DNA of 64,000 nt from an uncultured bacterium. GTDB lineage: Bacteria > Krumholzibacteriota > Krumholzibacteriia > LZORAL124-64-63. The position numbers and the translations under genes were made by a program. The first letter of the stretch is position 1. Each line of letters opens with the position of its first letter. Positions 18,828 through 29,460 of the stretch are shown piece by piece. The stretch covers positions 224,001-288,000 of the forward strand of contig CAVSZB010000005.1 of NCBI GenBank assembly GCA_963732385.1. Reading direction: 5' to 3'. The notes under the pieces were generated by a model. That model was not told the DNA's origin. It worked only from the letters and a program-made list of their open reading frames with translations, and ran no database searches.

Positions 18828-18981
18828 GGGCACTCTCTCCTGCTTTGCTGGCACGGATGGAAGCGTATGGCTTCCGTGAACGGCGCGAATGATAGCGCAA
18901 GAGCCGCGGCGTGTTTACAGAAATCCGCGGTTTTGGCCGATTTTTGCGGGGCCGGGGCCGGGAACCCGGACCCAGGGATCC

Positions 18982-20226
18982 TCACTCTCCAGCGTCCAGC
19001 AGTCTCACCGTCAGCCCGCTGCGCAGCTTGGGCTCGAACCAGGTGGACTTCGGCGGCATGACCTCTCCCGCATCAGCCACGCGCATGAGTTGGTCGAGGG
19101 AGGTGGGGTAAAGCGCGAAAGCCACGGCCCAGCCGGAGCCGCAGCGCTTTTCCAGCTCCGCGGTGCCGCGGATGCCGCCGACGAAATCGAGGCGCTGGTC
19201 GGTACGCGGGTCAGCGATCCCGAGCAGGGGGGCGAGCAGGTTGTCCTGGAGGATGGAGACATCGAGCCCCTTGACCGGATCGGCGGCGGCATAGGTTCCC
19301 CGTCGGGCCTCGAGACGGTGCCAGCGACCCGCCAGATACATGCCGAAGGTGCGGGGCGCGGACGGCCGCGCCGTGTCGGCCGGGGCCACCGTGAACCGCT
19401 CCCCCACGCGCTCCCTGAATCGCTCGACGGTCAGACCGTTCAGGTCCTCGACGACACGGTTGTAGGCGAGGATCTGCAGCTGATCGTGGGGAAAGACGAC
19501 GGCCATGAAGTACTCGGCCGGACCGCCGCCAGGCGCCTGCGGGTTGCGCGCACGCATCGCCTGGCCATGGCGCACGGCGGCGGCGGTGCGATGGTGGCCG
19601 TCGGCCACGTAGAGGCAGGGCACTTCGGCGAACGCGCGCGACAGCGCCCCGATCTCCGTCGCGTCGGACACGACCCACAGAGCGTGACCGATGCCGTCGT
19701 CGGCGACGAAGTCGTACGTCGCGGGGCGGGAGAGCACGGCGCTGACGAGCGCATCGATCGCGCCACGCGCACGGTAGGCGAGAAATACCGGCTCGGCGTT
19801 CGCGTTCCCCTCGGTGACGTGGCGCGCGCGATCGTTCTCCTTGTCCGGGCGCGTGTGCTCGTGCTTCCTGATGAGGCCCTGCTCGTACTCTGACACGCTG
19901 CACAGGCCGACCAGGCCCACCTGCACATGCTCGCGCATCCGCTGCTGGTACACATAGAGGCACGGATACTCATCGCGCACGAGAGTCCCTTCGGCAATGA
20001 GCCGCCGGAGATTCTCGCGCCCCCTGGCGTAGACCCGATCATCGTGAACGGAAATCGCCGGATCCAGGTCGATCTCGGGCTTGCAGACGTGCAGGAAGGA
20101 AAACGGATTCCCGCGCGCCAGTTCGCGGGCCTCCTCCGAGGAGATCACATCGTAAGGGAAGCTCGCCACGTCACGCGCCCGTTCCGGGCGCGGTCGGTAG
20201 GCGCAAAACGGCTTGAAGACGGACAT
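18982..20226 (-). CDS. DUF1015 family protein
   Basis: PYDVI, KHEHTRPDKE.DR, YVADGHHR and MPPKSTWFEPKLRSGL. Confidence 0.92.
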   Translation of the reverse strand: MSVFKPFCAYRPRPERARDVASFPYDVISSEEARELARGNPFSFLHVCKPEIDLDPAISVHDDRVYARGRENLRRLIAEGTLVRDEYPCLYVYQQRMREHVQVGLVGLCSVSEYEQGLIRKHEHTRPDKENDRARHVTEGNANAEPVFLAYRARGAIDALVSAVLSRPATYDFVADDGIGHALWVVSDATEIGALSRAFAEVPCLYVADGHHRTAAAVRHGQAMRARNPQAPGGGPAEYFMAVVFPHDQLQILAYNRVVEDLNGLTVERFRERVGERFTVAPADTARPSAPRTFGMYLAGRWHRLEARRGTYAAADPVKGLDVSILQDNLLAPLLGIADPRTDQRLDFVGGIRGTAELEKRCGSGWAVAFALYPTSLDQLMRVADAGEVMPPKSTWFEPKLRSGLTVRLLDAGE

Positions 20227-20251
20227 CGATCCCCCTCCCGGGGCTGGCGCC

Positions 20252-21628
20252 TCATGCAGCGGGGAAGCGCTCCTTCAGCAGGTCCCGAAACGGCTCGTAC
20301 TCCGTCGTCATGTGCTCGTACTTTTCCGGCTTGGCCTCGAGCCCCGCGAGGCTGGGCGGCAGCTCGGGATTGATGCCGAGCAGAGCCTGGATCTCCTCCG
20401 GAAACTTCGCCGGATGCGCCGTCTCCACCGCAACCGCGAGCGGATCGACCGGCGCCCCGGGAGCGGCGAGGAAGCGTTCCAGACCTGCCCAGCCGACCGC
20501 GCCGTGCGGCTCGAGCAGGGTCCCGTTCCTCTGCCACGTTTCCCGGATCGTGGCGCGCGTTTCGTCCTCGGAAATGCTGACCGCGTGGAAGTCGCGGCGC
20601 AGCGCGGCCATATCGGGCGCTTCGCGCAACGCACCGGTCTCGTCCATCCAACCGCCGTAGGCGTCCACCAGGCGCGCGAGGTTCGAGGGGTGACCGACGT
20701 TCATCGCGTTCGAGATGCAGACGCGCGACGGCACGATCTTCTCGTACCGCCCGCTGGCGAAGAATCCGGGCACTTCGTCGTTGGCATTCGTGGCGATGAC
20801 GATGCGCGAGATCGGCACCCCCATGCGCACCGCCAGCTGCGCGCCCATCAGATCGCCGAAGTTCCCGGACGGCACGGAGAAGACGATCGGCTCGCGGGCG
20901 TGTGCATCGGCGAGCCGCACGTAGGCATAGACGTAGTAGACAGACTGCGGCAATAGACGACCGATGTTGATGGAGTTCGCGCTGCTCAGGCGGATGCCCG
21001 CCAGTTCGGGGTCGGCGAAAGCGCGTTTGACCATCGCCTGGCAGTCGTCGAATTTGCCGTCCACCGCGAAGGTGGTAACGTTACCGCCCAACGTGGTCAT
21101 CTGCCGGCGCTGGCGCGCGGAGACCTCCGCCACCGGGAAGAGCACGACACTTCGCACGCGGGGCACGCCGTGATAGGCGTGAGCCACCGCACTGCCGGTG
21201 TCGCCGGAGGTAGCGGTGAGGATGACCAGATCGCCGCGCACGTCCGCCATGAAGGCGCTCATCCAGCGGGCCATCATGCGGGCGGCGAAGTCCTTGAAGG
21301 ACGCGGTCGGCCCGCGGTCGAGGCGCATCAGCCAGCGGCGCCCGCTCACCCTCTCGAGCGGAACCTCGTAATCGTAGGCGTCCTCGCACAGCGCGCGCAG
21401 CCGATCGTCATCGAGGACGCCGGCCGTGAAGCGCCTCAGCACGAACCAGGCGATCTCCGGGTAGGTCTTTCCCGCGAGCGCGGCGAGGTCGCCGGGGCCG
21501 AAAGGCGGCACCCGGACCGGCATGAACAGCCCCTTGTCGGCCGCCTGCCCCTGCAGGAGGGCCGTCCGCAGGTCCACGCTCGGAACGGCGCGGTTGGTGC
21601 TGTAGAAGAGAATCGGTTCGTTATCCAT
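20252..21628 (-). CDS. thrC: threonine synthase
   Basis: GPTASFKDF (PLP Lys), ATSGDTG, SANSINIGRL, PSGNFG and ETAHPAKF. Confidence 0.93.
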   Translation of the reverse strand: MDNEPILFYSTNRAVPSVDLRTALLQGQAADKGLFMPVRVPPFGPGDLAALAGKTYPEIAWFVLRRFTAGVLDDDRLRALCEDAYDYEVPLERVSGRRWLMRLDRGPTASFKDFAARMMARWMSAFMADVRGDLVILTATSGDTGSAVAHAYHGVPRVRSVVLFPVAEVSARQRRQMTTLGGNVTTFAVDGKFDDCQAMVKRAFADPELAGIRLSSANSINIGRLLPQSVYYVYAYVRLADAHAREPIVFSVPSGNFGDLMGAQLAVRMGVPISRIVIATNANDEVPGFFASGRYEKIVPSRVCISNAMNVGHPSNLARLVDAYGGWMDETGALREAPDMAALRRDFHAVSISEDETRATIRETWQRNGTLLEPHGAVGWAGLERFLAAPGAPVDPLAVAVETAHPAKFPEEIQALLGINPELPPSLAGLEAKPEKYEHMTTEYEPFRDLLKERFPAA

Positions 21629-21767
21629 GTCCGGAGGGCTCCCTGGGCTGATCCGTGCCGCGGCGGCGGGGAAACGCAGTTCGTAAATCGCTTCTCCGCA
21701 CGCACCAACCCAGTGTATCCTGCCGGCGGCCGCGCTTCCAACCGTGTTCTTCCTCCGGAGGTCACCC

Positions 21768-23192
21768 ATGTCCGGCGCAGAGGTCCAGATCACCCCCGGG
21801 ATGCAGCGTTACATCGACAGCAACAACGAATACCTGGCCCGACGCGCCGCGTACATCCGCAACGTCGTCAAGAAGTGGAAGTTCGACACCATCGCGGTCC
21901 ACGGTCTCTATTCGGTCCAGGACGCCATCGAGGACTACCAAGGATCGATCATCGAGCCCATCTTCCTGTCGACCTCGCAGGCCTACCGCGATTCCGACGA
22001 GATGGCGGCGGCGCTGGCCTACCTGATCCCGACCTGGTGCTACTCGCGCATCGCCAACCCGTCCACCTACTACTACGAGTGGGCGCTGGCCCTGCTCGAA
22101 GGGTACGGCTTCGACGGCGAGACTTCGTGCTGCTCGACCTCGTCGGGGATGGCGGCCATCATGACGGCCGTGCAGCCGTTCCTGATGCACATGAATCGCA
22201 ATGTCTACGAGCCGCGCAACTTCCTGGCGACCGCCCAGTGCTACGGAGGCACCTTCCAGCAATTCAACGTCCGCCTGCAGCAGGAGCGCGACATCGAGTG
22301 CCGCTGGATCGAAAACCCGACGGACCTTGACGCCTGGGAATCGCGGATCGACAAGAACACACGCTTCCTGTACGGCGAGCTGCCGAGCAACCCGCAGCAG
22401 GGCTTTTTCGACATCCGCGCGGTGGCCGACCTGGCGCACGCCCACAACCTGCCGCTGATCGTCGACAGCACCGTCGCTTCGCCGGCGCTGCTGAGGCCGA
22501 TCTGCCATGGCGCCGACATCGTCGTGCAGTCGGCGACGAAGAGCCTCTCGTCGAGCGGCTTTGGCGTCTGTGGTGCGGTCATCGCCCGCAAAGGGCTGAC
22601 GACGAACGTCCCGATCGACGCGCTCAGGGAGGATTTCTCGCTCTACATCAAGTACCTGCCCAACCGTGACTACGGCCCCAACCTGCACCCGATGCAGGCC
22701 ATCCTGACGCTCAATGACATGCGTACGTTGCGCTCGAAGATGGACCTCATGAGCCGCAACACGCAGAAGGTGGCGGAGTGGCTGTCCGCTCACCCCTTCG
22801 TCGAGAACGTCGCCTATCTCGGACTCAAAAACCACCCGCTGCACGATCTGGCCAGCAAGTACATGTGGCTCGTGGACGCCGAGCACGACGAAATGTACGG
22901 CAAACCGGTCAACCGCTACGGCCACCTGATGTCCTTCTGCGTCAAGGGCGGGGCGGAGCCGGCACGGAAGTTCTTCGATGGTCTGCAGCGCATCTGGCGG
23001 GCGACCGATCTGGGCCGCATCAAAAGCGTGGCCACGATCCCCGCCATCTCGACCCACCAGCAGCAGGGCGAGGAAGGCCGCAAGCTGGCGCAAATTGCGC
23101 CGAATCTGGTGCGCCTGTGCGTCGGCGGCGAGCACCCCGACGACACCATCGCCGACCTGGATCAGGCGCTGGCCGGGCTGCGGAAGAAATAG
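21768..23192 (+). CDS. PLP-dependent trans-sulfuration family enzyme (O-acyl/phospho-homoserine sulfhydrylase, MetY/MetZ-like)
   Basis: YSRIANP, SSGMAAI, CYGGT, VDST, QSATK and LVRLCVGGE. GGAGG RBS. Confidence 0.85.
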   Translation: MSGAEVQITPGMQRYIDSNNEYLARRAAYIRNVVKKWKFDTIAVHGLYSVQDAIEDYQGSIIEPIFLSTSQAYRDSDEMAAALAYLIPTWCYSRIANPSTYYYEWALALLEGYGFDGETSCCSTSSGMAAIMTAVQPFLMHMNRNVYEPRNFLATAQCYGGTFQQFNVRLQQERDIECRWIENPTDLDAWESRIDKNTRFLYGELPSNPQQGFFDIRAVADLAHAHNLPLIVDSTVASPALLRPICHGADIVVQSATKSLSSSGFGVCGAVIARKGLTTNVPIDALREDFSLYIKYLPNRDYGPNLHPMQAILTLNDMRTLRSKMDLMSRNTQKVAEWLSAHPFVENVAYLGLKNHPLHDLASKYMWLVDAEHDEMYGKPVNRYGHLMSFCVKGGAEPARKFFDGLQRIWRATDLGRIKSVATIPAISTHQQQGEEGRKLAQIAPNLVRLCVGGEHPDDTIADLDQALAGLRKK

Positions 23193-23203
23193 CGGGGGCG
23201 CGC

Positions 23204-24391
23204 TCAGGTCTCGAGAAACGTCGCCATGAGCCGGTGGCCCTCCCGGATCCAGTAACCGCCGCGATCAGCCGCCGCCTCCGTGAACGGAACCTTCTCCCGG
23301 GCGACGATCCCCGTGCCCGCGAAGGCGAACAACGGGGGCTCGGCCGAGTGGCCCCTGGTCGCGCACAGGGTCGGATGGTCCACGGCCACGAGCATCCGCC
23401 ACTCGCCGCCGGCCTGCAGCCTGCGCAGCAGGGGGCCGACGACCAGCTCATCGATGCGCTCGAGCGCCTTCACCTTCTCGAACGGGTTTCCCATGTGCGC
23501 CGACTCGTCGGCGGCTTCGACGTGGACGACTATCAGGTCGAACTCGTCGAGCGCCCGCACCGCCATCTCACCCTTGCCCGCGTAGTTGGTATCGATGTAG
23601 CCGGTCGCGCCCGGCACCTCGATGACCTGCATGTCCATCAGCCGCGCGAAACCGCGCAGGATGTCCACGCCGGTGATGACCGCCCCCCGCAGTCCGAAGC
23701 GGTCGGCGAAGGACTCGAAATGGACCGGGCGGCCCTGTCCCCACAACCAGATGTCCGTGACCGGAGACAATCCCTGCGCGCGTCGCGCGTGGTTCACCGC
23801 GTGGCCGGCGAGCAGGGCGCGCGCCCGCTCCGTGATGCGCGCGATCCGGTCCACCCCCGTTCCTTCCGGTCGATGCGCCGCCACCGGCTGGTCGATTATG
23901 TCGTGCGGCGGGGCGCAGTGAAGCTGCAGATCGGCGGCATCGGCGAGCAGCAGGAGATTGCGGTAGGTGACACCGGCGTGGAACTCGCAGCCCTCCGCCG
24001 CCAGCGCGGCGTCGAGGTCGGCGATCAGCGCGTCCGTCTCCTCCTGCCGGATGTGGCCGGCGGTGTTGTCCTTCATGAGCCCGTCGAGGATGGTGACGAA
24101 GTTGCAGCGGAAGATCAGCTGGTCGGGCCGCGCAGAGAGTCCTTTGGCCGCCGCCTCGATGGGCGCGCGCCCCGAGTAGTAGAGGTGAGGGTCGTAACCG
24201 AGCACCGAGAGCGTGCCCACATCGGTGCCGGGCGTGAAGCCGGCGGGGATGGTGATGATGCGCCCGGCGCGGCCGCGTTCAGCGACCCAATTCATGTGGG
24301 GGATGCGGGCGGCTTGCAGCGGCGTGCGGCCGTCGAGCTCGGGGAGCGCTTCGTCGGCCGCGCCGTCGGGCAGGACAATAACGTATTTCAT
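23204..24391 (-). CDS. ApgM-type cofactor-independent phosphoglycerate mutase-family protein (proposed homoserine kinase subgroup)
   Basis: PDGAADE, TPLQAA, GRAPIEA, IWLWGQG, HVEAADE..H and DHPT. Confidence 0.85.
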   Translation of the reverse strand: MKYVIVLPDGAADEALPELDGRTPLQAARIPHMNWVAERGRAGRIITIPAGFTPGTDVGTLSVLGYDPHLYYSGRAPIEAAAKGLSARPDQLIFRCNFVTILDGLMKDNTAGHIRQEETDALIADLDAALAAEGCEFHAGVTYRNLLLLADAADLQLHCAPPHDIIDQPVAAHRPEGTGVDRIARITERARALLAGHAVNHARRAQGLSPVTDIWLWGQGRPVHFESFADRFGLRGAVITGVDILRGFARLMDMQVIEVPGATGYIDTNYAGKGEMAVRALDEFDLIVVHVEAADESAHMGNPFEKVKALERIDELVVGPLLRRLQAGGEWRMLVAVDHPTLCATRGHSAEPPLFAFAGTGIVAREKVPFTEAAADRGGYWIREGHRLMATFLET

Positions 24392-24530
24392 CGGATTCAG
24401 GAGCCTCCAGGTTGGGATCACCGCTCGAGAGCGCAACGCAGAGCATATCAACCAGTCACGGTCCGGCCAAGCGGGAGCAGAAGGTTTCCGGGCTGCACGG
24501 TGAGCGGCCTTCGCGGAGTGCGGCCAGGCT

Positions 24531-26456
24531 TCATGGCCGCGGCACGCCCCCCTCGCCGGGCGCGGGACGCGGGAATTCGACCGGCGGCGGCTCGGGGGTG
24601 AAGTCCTCGCCGGGGTTGATGAAGAGGTTGCGCTCGAATCCGTACTGCTTGTCGTGCAGCTGGCGGTAACGGCCGCCGCGCGCCAGCAGCTCCGCGTGCG
24701 TGCCGCGCTCGACGATCTCGCCCTGCTCCAGTACGAGGATCTGGTCGGCGCTCCGGATCGTCGACAGCCGGTGCGCGATCACGAAGGTGGTGCGACCCCG
24801 CCGCAACGAGTGCAGCCCGTCCTGGATCAGCGCCTCGCTCTCGCTGTCGAGACTCGACGTGGCCTCGTCCAGGATCAGGATACGCGGGTCGGCGAGGATG
24901 GCGCGCGCGATGGCGATGCGCTGCCGCTGTCCGCCCGACAGCTTGATGCCCCGCTCGCCCACCACCGTGTCATAGCCGTCGGCGAACGCCTCCACGAACT
25001 CGGCGCAGTGCGCGATCCGGCTCACGGTGCGGATCTCTTCGGGTGTGGCGCCGGGCCGCGCGAAGCTGATGTTCTCGGCGATCGTACCGTCGAAGAGGAA
25101 ATTGTCCTGCAGCACGACGCCCAGATGCGCGCGATAATCGCGCAGGCGGATCGTGGCCAGGTCCCGCCCGTCCACCAGCACCCGCCCCTGCTCCGGCCGG
25201 TGGAAGGCCATCACCAGCCCGACCAGCGTGCTCTTGCCTGAGCCGCTCGAGCCGACGAGCGCCGTGGTCGAACCGGCCGGCGCGCGGAACGACATCTGCT
25301 TCAACACCGGCGTCCCCTCGACGTACGCGAAGCCGACGCCCGCGAACTCCACCTCGCCGCGCAGGACCGGCAGCGGCACGCGATCGCCGTCCGCTGCGTC
25401 CTCCGTCGCCATGGCGCGGATCTCGCGGATGCGGTCGAGCCCCGCGAAAGCCTCGCTGATCTGGGTGCCGATGGCGGCGATCTGGACCAGCGGCGTCGCC
25501 ACCATCCCGGTGAAGAAGATGTACATGATGAAATCGCCAAGGGTCATGGTCCCGGCCAGGATCGCCCGGCCTCCAACCACGATCATCAGCACGCCGATGC
25601 AACCGACAACCACGCTCGAACCGGCCGTGATGAGCGAGAACCCGGTGATCGTCCGGGCGATGCTGCGGAACAGGCGGTGCACGCCGCGGGCGAAGACCAG
25701 GCGCTCGCGCCGCTCGGCCGTGTACGCCTTGACGATGCGCACCCCGCCCAGCGACTCCGCCAGCCGACCCGTCACCTCGGCGTTGATCCGGCTGCGCTCG
25801 CGGAACAGCGGCCGCAGGCGCGTGAACGCCACCGACATGCCGACGCCGAACAGCGCGAGCACGGTCAGGGTGATGCTCGTGAGTCGCCAGTTGAGAGTGA
25901 ACAGCACGACCAGAGCGAGGGACGCGGTCACGAGCCCGCCGGCCAGCTGCACCAGGCCGGTGCCGACCAGGTTGCGCAGACCCTCGGCGTCGCTCATGAT
26001 GCGCGAGATCAGTTCGCCGGTCCGGGTGGAGTCGAAGAAGCTCACCGGCAGCCGCAGCACGTGCGTCTCGACGGTCCGGCGCATGTCAGTGATGGCCCGC
26101 TGCGCCGCCACGCCCAGCACCTGCGACAGGGTGAACGACGACGCGGCCTGCACCAGCGTGGCCCCGCCCGCCGCGAGCGCCAGGGTCCCGAGCAGATCGG
26201 CGCGGTGCTTGCCCACGACCTCGTCGACGAGATACTTCGAGGTCGCCGGCAGCACCATCCCGGCCAGCCGGTTGACGATCATGAGGCCGAACCCGATCGC
26301 GAGCCGCCGCCGGTGCGTCCAGATCAGCGCGCGCGACTCGCGCCAGACGACGGCGGCGCCGGGACGCGGCCGCCTGGTGTCGGCTCCGCCCGTCCCCGCG
26401 CCGCCCCGCATCGCCCCGCGCGCCTGGTGGCGCCCATCGAGTCGGTTCCAGTGCAC
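24531..26456 (-). CDS. ABC transporter fused permease/ATP-binding protein (start uncertain)
   Basis: Transmembrane domain, then GSSGSGKS, LSGGQRQR, LILDEATSSLD and IAHRLST. Confidence 0.9.
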   Translation of the reverse strand: MHWNRLDGRHQARGAMRGGAGTGGADTRRPRPGAAVVWRESRALIWTHRRRLAIGFGLMIVNRLAGMVLPATSKYLVDEVVGKHRADLLGTLALAAGGATLVQAASSFTLSQVLGVAAQRAITDMRRTVETHVLRLPVSFFDSTRTGELISRIMSDAEGLRNLVGTGLVQLAGGLVTASLALVVLFTLNWRLTSITLTVLALFGVGMSVAFTRLRPLFRERSRINAEVTGRLAESLGGVRIVKAYTAERRERLVFARGVHRLFRSIARTITGFSLITAGSSVVVGCIGVLMIVVGGRAILAGTMTLGDFIMYIFFTGMVATPLVQIAAIGTQISEAFAGLDRIREIRAMATEDAADGDRVPLPVLRGEVEFAGVGFAYVEGTPVLKQMSFRAPAGSTTALVGSSGSGKSTLVGLVMAFHRPEQGRVLVDGRDLATIRLRDYRAHLGVVLQDNFLFDGTIAENISFARPGATPEEIRTVSRIAHCAEFVEAFADGYDTVVGERGIKLSGGQRQRIAIARAILADPRILILDEATSSLDSESEALIQDGLHSLRRGRTTFVIAHRLSTIRSADQILVLEQGEIVERGTHAELLARGGRYRQLHDKQYGFERNLFINPGEDFTPEPPPVEFPRPAPGEGGVPRP

Positions 26457-26567
26457 GCGCGGCTCCCTGACCAGTCTGGCATCTCATCAGCCGGAAGCTG
26501 ACAGGTTACCTCCGGTCCGGCCACGGCGCACGCACCAGTTCCGACCGCCGGGAGAACTGCCGGCCCG

Positions 26568-28004
26568 CTACTCCGTCGACGCCGGCTCCCGAATCCGCGC
26601 CAACGCCTCCTTGCCGCTCGGACTTTCGGGGTTGAGCCGCAGCGACTCCTCGTACATCCTGACGGCGGCGGCGGTGTCGCCCGCCTTCAGCAACGCCTCG
26701 CCAAGACTATCGTAGACATTCCATGATTCGGGAAACAGCTCCACGTTGACCCTGAACAGCGCGATGGCCTGCGGCAGCCTGTCTGCCTGGAAGAAGCGAT
26801 AGCCACTGGCGTTCAGCTCGGACTCCATGAAGTAGTACTTCGACGGCTTAGCGTCGCGCCCGGCGAGAACCTGACGGATCGCGCTCTCATCGGCTCCCTC
26901 GTCGATCAGGTCGTAGAGCCGGCTCGCGGCGGATTCCTGCCCGGTCACGGCGCTCCAGATCCCGAGAATGGACATGTAATTGTTGTTCCGGTTGAAGCCG
27001 GGGCTCGTGGCCAGTTCCGGGAACCGTGTATCGAGGCGATACTCCGTCTGCAGGTCCGCCAGGCTCTTGCCCTCTCTGAATCCTCTGTTGACCCCGTCCC
27101 AGAGCGTCCTGACGTAATTGACCCTGGCCTCGAAGCCGGCGAAGGACAGCTCGCCGTTCCAGTGGCCCGGCACGAGCTTGCGGATGGCGTCCTTCTTCGC
27201 CAGCAGGAGGTCCCAGTTCTCGAGCAACAGCGGAAAATCGTGGCGGATGCCGGGGCGGGCCATGAAGGAGGCCAGGCAGCCCGGCGTGTCGGTGAGCCAG
27301 ACGTCGGCCATCGTGTCGCCCGTCATCAGCAGGCCGTGCTTCGGCACGAAGACGGCGATGTCGTCCGGGGAATGCATGCCGCCGATGTAGTACAGTTCGA
27401 ACGCGGTGGAGCCCAGGTTCAGCTTCAGGCGATCCGCGAACGTCTTCGTGGGGGGGTATTTCTTCCCGTCCGCCTGTCTGACCTCGAGGCTCAGGCGGCT
27501 CAGCGCCAGCTCCTCCCGCAGGCGCGCGGCCGTGGGCGATTCGTCCGGCTCCTTTTGGAGGTCCCGCTCCAGCTCGGCAATGCGCGCGATGTTCCACTCC
27601 ATCATGCGCGGGAGATCCCCGGCCTGGGCGGCCATGCCCGCACCGACGAGTTCGTGCCCGACGATGGTGCAGTCGGCGTAGACCGAATTGCCCCCGGTGT
27701 GGTCGCCGTGCTCGTGCGTGTTGATGAGGATCTTGAAGTCGTTGCGGCCCAGTTCGCGGGCGATGATCCGGCGCAGTTCGCCGTCGACCCTGGGATTTCC
27801 GGTCGTGTCGATGACGAGAATGCCCTTGTCCGTCGCGATGGCCACCGTGGCTGTCGAGGAGATGTAGTCGCCGACCCAGACCCGAATCGCCCCCGGATCG
27901 AGCTTCTGGATATGCACCGGCAGGCCCGCCACCTCCTCGGCGACGGCGCCCGAGGCCAGCAGAATCAACGCCACCGCAGTTACCAGACCAAGTCCCGCCT
28001 TCAT
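26568..28004 (-). CDS. secreted MBL-fold hydrolase with C-terminal TPR-like repeat
   Basis: NTHEHGDH, HSPDD, TGD and PGH. C-terminal LN..GY..NVELFPESWNVYDSLGEA. Confidence 0.85.
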   Translation of the reverse strand: MKAGLGLVTAVALILLASGAVAEEVAGLPVHIQKLDPGAIRVWVGDYISSTATVAIATDKGILVIDTTGNPRVDGELRRIIARELGRNDFKILINTHEHGDHTGGNSVYADCTIVGHELVGAGMAAQAGDLPRMMEWNIARIAELERDLQKEPDESPTAARLREELALSRLSLEVRQADGKKYPPTKTFADRLKLNLGSTAFELYYIGGMHSPDDIAVFVPKHGLLMTGDTMADVWLTDTPGCLASFMARPGIRHDFPLLLENWDLLLAKKDAIRKLVPGHWNGELSFAGFEARVNYVRTLWDGVNRGFREGKSLADLQTEYRLDTRFPELATSPGFNRNNNYMSILGIWSAVTGQESAASRLYDLIDEGADESAIRQVLAGRDAKPSKYYFMESELNASGYRFFQADRLPQAIALFRVNVELFPESWNVYDSLGEALLKAGDTAAAVRMYEESLRLNPESPSGKEALARIREPASTE

Positions 28005-28137
28005 GATGAATCCTCCCCTTGTGGGTATCCCCCGCAAGCGGCCCCTGGCGCCGGCTTCGTCAGGACCGCGCAACCCGAAGTTGACAATGTGGATCCATAC
28101 GGGCCGGAGGCGGAGGATGTTCCAGCGACAGCTCGCC

Positions 28138-29460
28138 CTACGGCGAGATCTCGTAGGCCGCGACCGTGTTGGCCAGGAAGGTCGGGATCAGCAGCAGCCG
28201 GCGATCCGGCAGGTATTCGAAATCCGCGGTGTTGCGCTGCGCGGGCAGGAGGTCCAGCAGCTCGGTCAGGCGGCCGTCGGCGTCAAGATGGAACAGCTGG
28301 CCTTCCCAGAGCGACACCAGCACGCCGCCCCGACCGTCGCTGCGGAGGCCGTCCACCACGCCGGCGCCCAGGCCGATCACGGTTCGCACGGCCCTCGACT
28401 CGAGGTTCACGGCCATGAGGCGCCCGCCCTGGGTGCTGCCGACCAACAGATCTTCGCCGTCCACGAGCAGGCCGTTGGCCCGGCCCACGTCAGAAGCGAT
28501 CAGCCAGGGCGTGAGGTCCCGCCCCGAGAGTCGCCAGACCGACACCGCGGGCGGCGCGAGACTCGGCCGGGTGTCTGAGACATAGACCCGACCCTGCGCG
28601 TCGATGGCCACATCGTTCAGAAACACGGCGTCCGGAATGGGATGCAGCTCCGCGACGACGCCACGCGAAATGTCGATCTCCGCGACCCCTTCACGCACGG
28701 CCACAAAGAGACGGTCGTCCCGGATGGCCATGCCGCAGGGGGCGCGCAGCCCCGTGATCCACTGCGCGTCGAGCAGGACCCCGTCGAGCCCCAGCCGTGA
28801 GATATACCCGGTCGGCAGGTCGCGCTGCTCGTACTGGTTGTCGAAGCTGCTCACGTAGAGCACGCCGCGCGCGGCGTCGCGGAGCACCGATTCGGGGGTG
28901 AGGAAGATCGCGGGAGTTTCCCACGTTGCCCGACAGACGCCGGCGGTGCGATGTGGCGACGGCAACGGTCGATCGGCATCGACCCGAAATCCCCAGCCGG
29001 TCGGCGCCGACCAGACCTTCAGCAGGATCTCGTTGCGCCCCGGCCGCAGCGACAGGTCGTAGCCGCCCGGGTCGCGCGCCGGCGGCACGAGAACACCGTT
29101 GAGGAAGAGTCGCAGGGCGCCGCTTGCCGCCAGGTCTAGTCGCAGTCCCTGAACCGAATCGACCTGGGCAAGCGTGCGCACCATGGCGCAGAGCGAGTCG
29201 CCCGGGACCGCGTCGAGCAAAGCCGCCAGATCGACCCAGCCATCATCGCGCGCCACGACATCCCGCCACCCGGCCAGGAACACGGCGTAGAAGCGCGGAT
29301 AGTCGACCGGCGAGACCCGGGCCGCAGGGTAGGCCCGCGACGAGGACCAGTTCGTGACCGACGCCGCGCGAGCGGAGCCGGCCGACCCGAGGACGAGGAA
29401 CCACAGCGACGCGGCCACAACGCCGCCGCGCCGAACCGCCGCGGCAGAACCGGTGAACAT
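28138..29460 (-). CDS. SMP-30/gluconolactonase-like beta-propeller protein with N-terminal extra domain
   Basis: PESV, LYVSS, FLNDVAID.QGRVYVSD, ANGL, DGL and ADFEY..IPTF..N.V.AY. Confidence 0.75.
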   Translation of the reverse strand: MFTGSAAAVRRGGVVAASLWFLVLGSAGSARAASVTNWSSSRAYPAARVSPVDYPRFYAVFLAGWRDVVARDDGWVDLAALLDAVPGDSLCAMVRTLAQVDSVQGLRLDLAASGALRLFLNGVLVPPARDPGGYDLSLRPGRNEILLKVWSAPTGWGFRVDADRPLPSPHRTAGVCRATWETPAIFLTPESVLRDAARGVLYVSSFDNQYEQRDLPTGYISRLGLDGVLLDAQWITGLRAPCGMAIRDDRLFVAVREGVAEIDISRGVVAELHPIPDAVFLNDVAIDAQGRVYVSDTRPSLAPPAVSVWRLSGRDLTPWLIASDVGRANGLLVDGEDLLVGSTQGGRLMAVNLESRAVRTVIGLGAGVVDGLRSDGRGGVLVSLWEGQLFHLDADGRLTELLDLLPAQRNTADFEYLPDRRLLLIPTFLANTVAAYEISP

